Positions 54,900 through 64,000 of a stretch of DNA of 64,000 nt are shown in pieces. The position numbers and the translations under genes are program-made. Source of the DNA: Blepharisma stoltei ATCC 30299 (taxonomy: Eukaryota; Protista; Ciliophora); contig CBFDEM010000047.1 of the NCBI GenBank assembly GCA_965603825.1, positions 558,001 through 622,000 of the forward strand. The letters run 5' to 3'. Each line of letters opens with the position of its first letter. Position 1 is the first letter of the stretch. The notes under the pieces are model-generated. The model searched no databases. It worked only from the letters and a program-made list of their open reading frames with translations, and had not been told where the DNA came from.

Positions 54900-55047
54900 A
54901 ATATTCAATTTATTAAGAGGCTGGCTTGACTGGTTGAAGTTTTGTTAAATATGGAGAGAAGAAATCATCGAGCTGAAATATTCTCCGGCTGAGAAAATAA
55001 GACAGATATAAGAAATTATTAAGCAGGATAGGCCTTTTATGGAAAAA

Positions 55048-55070
55048 GGAAATAGATCCTATCTATTTCC
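55048..55070. repeat. Perfect 10-bp inverted repeat GGAAATAGAT-cct-ATCTATTTCC
   Basis: Read directly; about 150 nt upstream of the zinc-finger ATG. Confidence 0.8.
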
Positions 55071-56156
55071 CAAGATTGGGGCTCTGAATCCACTTAAAAA
55101 AATAAACCAGTAGAAAGCATTCTATTGGGATTCTATATGCATTTCCTTACTTTTTGCAAATAAAAAGCATTTAAAAAGTCACACAACTGGGAAAGCTTAG
55201 AAAATCAGATCTACTTGGAACTTTGCTTCATATTTAATTTGGCTGCGTAATTAAAATAAATTTATGACTATTAATTTTTGATTTCCACATCGAATTAAAA
55301 GATAATTTTATAGCAATTATTAGTTCGTTTTTTTTTGAACTAATAAATAATTTATTAAATTGTAAGCCATTTTCTATTCGCTTTTCTAATTTTTGAAAAG
55401 CTAAATTTAAATTTTTTATGATTAAAATTTCTTCTAGACTGCGCTATTTTTTACCATATGTCAAATACCACATTCAATATTAAATTCAATTCTGACAACA
55501 AGCACATAGTAAATTATGATTTTTATCTAAAGAAGATAGAATTTTGAAATGCTAAATTCAAAGTTATTAACTTTTTAAATAAGCTTCAAAATAGCATATC
55601 AGATTCAAAAATTTTTTTTTTAATATCATGAAAAAGACAATCCATATTTCTTGACTCTTTATAAAAATATTCGGGCTTTCGATGTTTCGAACTAATTAGG
55701 CGCTTTTCGGAAAATGTTAAATATAATAATTTTTGGCCTATTCAGGGTATTTCCATTGTCCATTAATATTTAAATTTGTACAAAAATTTTAATTTTATTT
55801 TAATTCCATTAACATCAGAAATCTCATATTTGAATGAATGAAGTAATCGGACCTCAATTAAGTATACACTGATTATTTCTCCTGTTTTTTACAGAATTTT
55901 TAGAGTTTTTTTTTTGGCTTAAAAGTTTATTTAACCACTTAAAAAAATTCAAAATTATTACTTGAATTATAAAATAGTGCATTACTCAAGCATAATTTAA
56001 TCAAGTATATATATAGAATAATTATTTTGTATATAGTTAAAACAAATTATAAGCAACAGAAAAAAGATTTTAATGCATCGCATTGCATAAAGGAGTTTTA
56101 GATTTTATAGATTTTATGCATTTTTTAGTTCAATTTTCAAATATTTAATAATTATT

Positions 56157-57758
56157 CTATTCGATTGAAAAAGGATTTTCGTTTTCTTGTGACTCATTGG
56201 CTTCTGAACTTTCTGGGTTTGCATTTGAGACTGTATTTTCTTGGTTGGTTTCATTTAGATTGTGCTTCTCATCACTTTTAATTGCATCAATAGGCTGATT
56301 GGACTCATCTTCTCTTATCTCTTCAATGACTTTATTTTCTTCATTTGTTTTTTTCTCTTCAACAATTTCTTTATTTTCTTTTTTTTCTTCCTCCTGACCT
56401 TGGTTTGCTGCATCTTTTACTTCTAAGTCTCCATCTTCCTCATTCCCAATTACAAATTCCTCTTTAAGCGCTTCTTCTTGTTTAGCGCTTACAAAAACTT
56501 CCTCTTTTTCCCCTTTAATCTCATCTACTTTTATTTCCTTTGTTTGTTCTTTTTTATTTTCTTTTACTTCTTCAACTATCTCCTTTTTATTCTCTTCTTG
56601 CACTTTGTTTTCTTCTTGTACTTTTCTTTCTTCTTGCACTTTGCTTTCTTCTTTCTCTTTTTGTTCCTTTGACGCTGCTGCATCTTCTTTTTCGCTTGCA
56701 AGCAGCATAAGTACAATATCATTTGATAAAAAATTATGTAACCTCTCTACAAATATATCGTATTGAGAATCATTATTAGCTGAAAAAAATTCAATAGCTT
56801 GCTGGTATAAAGCCATCAAAGAATTCACCATTTCAACACTCATTCTCTTGTCAAAGTTACTCTCATAAATTGAGATGGCTTGCAATATTTCTTTAATATT
56901 CATACTTTTTGTAGCTTTCCCAGTCATTTCTTCTTCTTTTAACTGAGGAAGCTTCGAATTTTTTTTTACAATTGCTCCAAGTCTATGCAGATTTTGTGAT
57001 ATTAGTTCGACACATGCATCAGCTTCCCTCAGCTTAAAAATTTGTTTATATTCTGGGTTTTCCCCGATTTTTTTCCATTCAAAAGTCAACCTATCCTTTT
57101 CAGTCTTTGATTTTTTGATTGCATTTAAACTTTGTAAAGTAGCCCAGCTTAATAAATGCCCGATCCCAGGGTAATTTGTGCTTAAATCCAGCTCTAAAAT
57201 CACAGTATGAGATACCACAAGCACCCTCTCTTTTGCAATGCGTGGGTCTCTTAAATCTAACTCATATCCATAAAAACAGCCCATTTTATCTTTTCGATCC
57301 CATGTTTCTAAATACATAGGGGAGCCCAAATGAAATTTACCGATGTCAAGGCTTTGGAGTTTGCTTTGTGAAAGAGCCACGAGCCGCGATACGAATGATG
57401 GCAAAATTCTGATTATTTCAGAAGCTGTAATGTTAGGGGTCCATTTTCGATTGGTTACGTCTAAAAGGATGTCACGGCCATCAGCACAGGATGGGAAACC
57501 AATCACAGATTCACAGAGGAGCTTTGGGGATTGAAATGGGTATTTTCCTTCAAGGTGGATATCGAATATTACTGGATGATTATATATGCCTTGAAGGAAT
57601 TCTGGAGATAATTCTGCACGAATAATCATTCCAAATGGAGTGAAATGAGAAGTTGTGGATATTCGGCGATCAATTTGAGTGAGAAGGCTAATTTCTGGCT
57701 AAAATTTACCTTTATCAAACCTTTTGTGCTGGATTTCTTGAGAATATTCTGAAGACAT
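56157..57758 (-). CDS. Multidomain protein: UBC/UEV-like, PH-like, LY..AIE.F helical module, Glu/Lys-rich tail (~528 aa; intron 57695-57709)
   Basis: KRFDKEI...F.I.L...YPFQSPKL...WTPNIT (E2 fold, no canonical HPN or catalytic Cys); ERVLVVSHTVILEL; KVQEE x3 repeat in the tail. Confidence 0.75.
57695..57709 (-). other. 15-nt intron gtaaattttagccag
   Basis: Splicing gives KRFDKE (E2 helix 1); removes an in-frame TAG. Confidence 0.8.
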
Positions 57759-58378
57759 TTTGATTATTGCTGTAAAGGTGCTTGAGATTATTATTTTTCG
57801 AATTTAAAAATTTTATATAGTGTTTATATAAAGATTTGTATAAATATTGTATCAACTGCGTGAAGCGATTTGTAAAATCTATATATATGATATATTTTAA
57901 TATATTCAGCTCTTGTAAAACTCAGCCAACAGTCTAATAAGAGCTAATTACTTCTAATTATTAAATTTTTTATTATTCACTATCATAAGTTTTCCTTATT
58001 ATATCTTTTAATCAAAATATATATATTAAAAAATGGCGACTTTGGGATTTTAGAAACCAAATTTAAGAAAATTTTTATTTTCTTGCTAACATTTAATATT
58101 TGCACAAATAGCTTAAAAATGAGAGCCTGAAATTATTTGCGCCGATTTGCACTTAAAAAGAAAATATAGCAGTTATCTTAATAAAGAAAATCACAATATG
58201 AATTAAATGGATACTATTTTAACTCGAAACCACATAATTCCTACATTATGTTAATAGGATTCTTTTCTTGGCTAGCCAATTTGATCCACAATTTTAAACT
58301 AAATATTAAGCCATCTAAATTCGGTAATAAATTTTCTTAACTTTTTATTGATTTTTCATCTATTATAAAACATTTTCG

Positions 58379-58813
58379 ATGAAAAATAGAACCACTCGAT
58401 TTAATTCCCGAGCCGAGATCTGTGGCATATGCCTAAACCCAATCGAGTTTCAAGGAAAATTGGACTGTTGCAAGCATCCATTCTGTTTTGACTGCATTGA
58501 AAGGTGGTCTGAGGTAATTTCTATTTAGACAGAAAACACATGTCCTCTATGCAAGCTAAGGTTCACTTCTATTACAAGAGTTTCACATAGAGTGAATTAT
58601 TGTACACATAAAAAGCCAGACATTTTGCACGTAAAGCATAAAAGCCAAAGAGATGTCCTCGATAACCAGTTTAGATTAGTTTTCAGGCATAATGAGCATG
58701 AACTAGATATGAATCTAGGAAGAATTGTTTTTCAAGAATTCCAGAGAGGGAGAAGCAATGAATCAGTTTTAAGAGCTTTGATCTCTTATTTTTATCTTAA
58801 TTTAGAAAATTAA
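58379..58813 (+). CDS. RING-HC (C3HC4) finger protein (~139 aa; intron 58514-58528)
   Basis: After splicing: CGICLNPIEFQGKLDCCKHPFCFDCIERWSE|TENTCPLCKLRF. Mostly missing from the ORF track. Confidence 0.9.
58514..58528 (+). other. 15-nt intron gtaatttctatttag (RING)
   Basis: Splicing restores the RING spacing W....TCPLC. Confidence 0.92.
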
Positions 58814-58872
58814 TAATATTAAATAAACAAAAAATTACACAATTGGTGTTTAAAGTATAAATTCTCAAGGTT

Positions 58873-59862
58873 TTAATTTAATGCATCCAAATAGCTTGAA
58901 ACATCGATTGATTCGTACTCATCTGAAAGTTGCCCATTTGTTTTAATTTTTAATCTGTTTTTGGCTTTGCTTTGGGCTTTGGAACTGAAGTACAGATTGA
59001 TAGTCCTGAAAAATTGAGATTGAAAAACAAAAAGGGCATCGAAGAAGTCTTTGCATGTTTTAGCTTTGAGGTCAATTGAAAATTTGAGATAATTTCCTGT
59101 TTCTTCGTTATATTTGCATACTTTGTCATAGAAATATAGAAAATCAATCTGGTAAAATCCCTGCTCTTTGATTGAAGTAATAGCTGTATATTCATAAAAG
59201 TCAGCAGGTTTCGGTTGATTGAAAATATCAGCAAAATTGTATTCATTTACAACGACTGCTTTAGGTATTTTTTCTAATCCTTTTCCGGCAGACTCATTTT
59301 TCTTGATAACTTCGTTAGCCACCTTAGCAGTTGACACATTTCTACTAAAGGCTTGTGGCTTAGTTCTATTTTTATCATCAAATGCTTCAAGCCTTTTAGC
59401 TCTCTCCCTTTCTTTTTGCTGCTGTCTTACTTGCTCTTCTCTTTCCTTCTGTATTTTATATTCTTCATAATGCGCCTTTGCTAAATTTAAGAATGGTATT
59501 AGTTCTCTCACAACTTCGCCAACTTTGAAAAAAATTATTTCTGGGGTTCTCTTTTGAGGGTCAATTGTTTGATGAATCGAGTTATAAACTAAAGTCGACC
59601 TTCCTTCAAGAGCGAAACCTTTTGCATCTCCTGTGATGTTTTGAAGGAAATCGAAAGGAACATTGCTATTGCTTATGAATGTTAATTCTTCTATCAGAAA
59701 TCGAGTTAAACCTTTTTCAGAAAATTCGAGCTTGACAATTATGGAATATGAATCAATCTCTTGTTCTTCAACTTCAAGAATCCGAAGATTTTTTCAAGGA
59801 ATTACACTCACTGGAATAGCATTTTGGTCAGCAAATGCTTTGAATTCTTCTAGAGTTCCCAT
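58873..59862 (-). CDS. Hypothetical protein (~329 aa; 1 TGA=Trp)
   Basis: ATG 59862 is in frame with track ORF 58873-59511. Confidence 0.7.
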
Positions 59863-60375
59863 TTATATAGAATAATTATTTATAATTTCTTTCATTGTTT
59901 TTATGCTTATTTGATTGATAATATTTAACAATAAGTGATATAAAATTATTTTATTTGACCCGAAATCAATAAGCTTTAAAATATTTGGGCACAATTAAAT
60001 CGAATGAAGGCTCATAGAAAAGTTTAATTCAGATAAAGCCAAATACATGATTGAAATTTCTATAAATAATCTATTTTTCTATTCCAAATAGATTTCATGC
60101 TAAACTGATTTCTTACAAATTTGAAAAAAATATGACAATTGTGCTAACCAAATTATGAGGATAAAGTTGCCTATAAATAATAAGTTTTTTCTAAATTTAT
60201 ATATCCTATAATGCGAAAAAAACTTAATTATATTAAAAATAATTTTCACTGTCTACTATTATTTTTTATTTTAATAAAGCATTTACAATATTATTTATCT
60301 CCAAAAAATTTTTAAATATTTTTCTTAGGTATAGCCTCCCTGCTATTGTCTTTAACTTTAAATTAAATAATCAAT

Positions 60376-63300
60376 ATGGACGAATCGGAGATATTGGGGC
60401 TTCACAATGCTTACCGCGAAAAATATGAGCAAGACTTCAAACCAAACACCCTCACATTTGTAGCTGAAAGCGAAATTGTTTCAAAATATATTTCAGATCT
60501 TTGCCAGAACGCAACAGGTCAAGGAACAATATCTCAAAAGCAAGCATTTGAGCTTAAGAATAGAGTAATTTACATTGTAATTTTTTATTTAGCTTGAGCA
60601 ATACCAAGAACAAGCAGGACTCCTGGACCCTCATCTAGAACAATGAATTACCCCTCTAATGGAAACAGTCAGATTTATAGTAAGAAATTCAGGAGATCCT
60701 CACTTTTTATTAGAACTTGTGTATACTCTATGCAAAATCAGAGGCTCTAAAACAATTGTAAAGTTTTTCCCACACGAAGTAAGCGACCTTGAGCCAGTTT
60801 TTTACTACTTAAGCAACTTAACTGAAGGGACACTGTGGCAAAGCCATTATTCTCTTCTGATTTGGCTTAGCATCATAGTAATAGTTCCATTTGATTTGGA
60901 GACAATCGACTCGAACGGAGATCTAGTTAAAAGGTTTTTAGATTTAGGCAAGAAATTCTTAGAGCACACTGGAAGGCCTCGAGATGCAGCTGGGATGATG
61001 ATTGCGAAACTTCTGACAAGGCCTGATATATTAAGGAAAGGATATTTAGAAGAATTTATAGACTGGTCTGTAGCCATTGTTAGGTCAGCCCAGGAATTTT
61101 TAAAGCTTGGAGTTCTTTTCACAGGTGTGGAAATATTTACCCATGGGCAAAGATCAGAATTGCTTCCTTACCTTACCAAAATGTCAGTACTTCTTCACAA
61201 GGAAGAAAACGAAAATATGTTTTCCCGACAGCTAAAAGTAAAATTGGCAGGTCGGCTAGCACTTATACAACTAAAACCTATTGTAGCTAGCTGAAGATAT
61301 TTCAGAGGCTCAAGATCACTTGTAGCCAACCTTGAATCCAAGTCTCAGCAAACCAAAATCATCACAAATGCCCAAGCACATACCTTAAAAGCAAGAACCC
61401 AAGCCCAAGAAAACGATGACAGCTCTATGGATGCCGACGTTGACTACGAACTCTTAGAAGGACAAATTGATGCAATTTTACAAGGCTTAAGAGATAGAGA
61501 TAACGTCGTCAGATGGAGCGCCGCAAAAGCTATAGGAAGAATTACAGGAAGATTAGATAAAGAGCTTGGAGATGAAATTGTCCCACAGATTTTAGAGCTG
61601 TTTTCGCCGACTGAAACTGATTCAGCTTGGCATGGCGGATGTTTAGCTTTAGGAGAACTTGCAAGAAGAGGGCTTTTATTACCAAACAGGCTTGATCAGG
61701 TATTTCCTTTGCTATATCAAGCTCTTTTATATGATAAAAAACAAGGAAACCACTCAATAGGAGCTCATGTGAGGGACGCTGCCTGCTATCTTGCCTGGTC
61801 TTTTGCAAGAGCTTATGCCCCTGAAGAAATGTCAAAACATTTAAGTGAGCTCTCCAGACACTTGCTGCTTGTATGTCTTTTTGATAGAGAAATTAACTGC
61901 AGACGTGCAGCTTCAGCTGCATTCCAAGAACATGTAGGGCGTCAAGGTAGCTTTGCACATGGCATCGAAATTTTGACCGAAGCTGACTATTTTACGCTTG
62001 GGAACAGAAACCATGCATATTTACATGTGAGTTGTTTTGTTGCACAGTATCCTGAGTATTTGCATTCACTTGTTGACCATTTGGTGGAGGTAAAATTAAA
62101 GCATTGGGATATCATTATAAGGCAACTGGCTGCTTGCTCTTTGTCTGTGCTGGTTCCGTTTGACCCGAATTATTATATACAAGTGGTGATACCAAAACTT
62201 CTGCCGGAGGTATATGATAATAATTTAATAACAAGGCATGGAGCTATTTTAGGGGTTGGAGAAATTGTTGTAGGATTAGCGGGAAGAAGCGCTCTGAATA
62301 ATGACCCTAAAACTATTGAAAAAATGATGTATAAGCATTCAGTGAACTATTATATGCTTAAATCCAGTGAAGAAGCCTTAGACGGCGATAAGGCAATATT
62401 AAAAGACAGTGAAAACAGCAGATTATTCAAAGAATATTACAAAAAGCTCCAGAGTGTCTCACATCTAGACCTTATCCCTACTCAGCTTTTTAACCAAGTC
62501 AAAGAAATCGTTCCTACAATAGAGAAAAAGAGGCTTTACCGAGGCAAAGGTGGACAGATCATAAGAATTGCAGTCTGCCGATTTTGTGAATGTTTAGCGA
62601 AATCAAGCATTGTACTATCAGGGAATTTAATTATAAAAATCCAAGAAACTTTAAATGAAAGCGTCATGCATAATGCTCCAGAGGTTTCTGATGCTGCACA
62701 AGCAGGCTTAAGCGAATTTAGTAAGACTTATCATAACTCCCCAGGTGCCCAATTGGTGGAAATAACGTTGAAAAAATATCTGAAGACAATGCAGGAGTTT
62801 AACTCTAATAAAGAAATTCCTGCAAATATTGCTAGAGGGTCTGCGTCAGGGATAGGATGCTTGAATTTTACTTTGATAAGCACGATGCCAAAAGAAGCGA
62901 TTTTTGCTTTGATTGAAGCTACAAAAATAAGAGGGACTGAGTTAGATGACCCAGAGACTCGTAGAAACGCAGCTTCAGCGCTTGGACAGTTGATTTCTTT
63001 TATGATAGAAAATTCAAAGACACTAAATCCTGGAAATGTAAGGTTTGAGGATGAGCTGCCAGTTCATGAGTTTGATAATGAATTGGTAAATATAGTATTT
63101 GACTGCCTATATTCTTGCACAGAAGACTATACAAATGACAAAAGAGGCGATGTTGGAAGTTGGGTCCGAGGTGCCGCAATCCAATCATTACAGATGATTG
63201 TATCAACCGGAATAGCAATTTCAGAGCCAGCTTGGGAAAAAATAATTTGTGTATTACTCCGTCAGCTAGTCGAAAAAATCGATAGACTCCGACAGCTGGC

Positions 63301-64000
63301 TGGCGATATCATTACTAGCCTTCTACAAAACTTTACACTTCCAGCCTGGAGCCAAATTCTTCTCCCTATTTTTGTCTATAACCAAGGCTATATGCAGCAG
63401 TTCAAAGAAACCCAAGAAAAGCTGCAAAAAACTGAGTCACTTCCAGACCAGTCAGAAATGCCAATCCAATCAATTACTTCAAACTACGAGAGATCAAGCT
63501 TATGGAGTGTCCCCAATTTTGCATTCCCCTTAGTTGTCCCATTACTTAATGAAAGCCGCTTCAGACGTGACATGATAAGAGGAATTATCGTCAGCGTCGG
63601 AGGAATCACTGAGTCCACCGTAAAAAGCTCCTCAGAAGAACTCGTAAAATACGCAAAAAGAAATAAAGAAATCGTGTGGGATTTATTGAACATTTTTAAA
63701 GAAGCTGAAGAAAGGCTGCAGATTCCATTTATGAAGACGTGGAGCTTGCTATTTAAGCATATTCCAAGCATCAATGAGATGAGCGAGTTTGGCCATCAGC
63801 TGCTGCTTGTGACGCAGGAATCCATAAAAGCAAGCAAAGATATCCATAAATGGCTGAATTCGTTAGGAGTTTTTACAGCGCTGCTGGATAATCCACAATG
63901 CTCAAGAGAAGCCTTGAGAATTATGGTAGGAGCTCTTGGGCAGGCATATCCAAAGGTAAGGGCACAAGCGGCGCAAAATCTGTATTCATTTTTCTTAGGT
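60376..64000 (+). CDS. TBCD: Tubulin-folding cofactor D, 3'-truncated by the window edge (16-nt intron 60577-60592; TGA=Trp)
   Basis: YQEQAGLLDPHLE, FFPHEVSDLEPV, AS-W-RYFRGSRSL, VRWSAAKAIGRI, WHGGCLALGELARRGLL, FDREINCRRAASAAFQEHVGRQG and DYTNDKRGDVGSWVR. Confidence 0.97.
60577..60592 (+). other. 16-nt intron gtaattttttatttag (TBCD)
   Basis: Restores the frame into LEQYQEQ. Confidence 0.9.

Noticed and set aside
1-64000. Interpreting the many in-frame TGAs as pseudogene lesions or selenocysteine
   Set aside because: They occur in essential genes at conserved Trp columns, frames continue without other lesions, and I saw no SECIS-like element or Cys-column alignment in conserved families.
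1-64000. Mitochondrial or Mollicute origin (also UGA=Trp)
   Set aside because: Genes are eukaryotic nuclear (RPL4, RPS6, proteasome, MYST, TBCD) with GT-AG introns and a Pol III-terminated tRNA lacking encoded CCA.
1-64000. CRISPR array, transposase, IES/MITE insertion, telomeric repeats, rRNA
   Set aside because: No repeat-spacer array, transposase-like ORF, gene-interrupting insertion, CCCTAACA-type array or rRNA motif seen by eye. Short intergenic elements cannot be excluded.

Overview
This is eukaryotic nuclear DNA: AT-rich and very gene-dense, with about 42 protein genes and one tRNA-Ala(UGC). It is almost certainly a heterotrich ciliate macronuclear chromosome of the Blepharisma type. 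Two features read directly from the sequence explain why the supplied ORF track is fragmented. (1) In-frame TGA is a sense codon for Trp: it falls on conserved Trp positions in MYST, GCR1/CAR-type GPCR, TBCD, IST1 and APC13 homologues, and every gene end I rebuilt is TAA or TAG. (2) Genes contain 15-16 nt GT..AG spliceosomal introns; I found 12, all with an A six nt from the 3' end. Re-assembled genes include IST1, CFAP97-domain, RPL4, a CAR/GCR1-like GPCR, LRRC45-like, a plant-type vacuolar sorting receptor, a mitochondrial RAP-like protein, RPT1/PSMC2, RPS6, ATP9/NEO1 flippase, Rh ammonium transporter, GPI, kish, malectin, SIN1-like, a CAMK-group kinase, RIB43A-short, a MYST HAT, APC13, an MFS transporter, two tandem TPR paralogues, PGAM, C2H2 and RING fingers, a UBC-like multidomain protein and TBCD (runs off the window). 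I saw no CRISPR array, transposase, rRNA or telomere. The main leads are: gene-specific avoidance of UGA-Trp; UGA arising at non-Trp sites between paralogues; 21-23 nt tandem gene gaps; a convergent coding overlap; a hidden 61-aa ORF; a possible frameshift; an unnamed helical domain shared by two genes; and candidate promoter motifs. All family assignments come from recognising motifs by eye, not from database searches.
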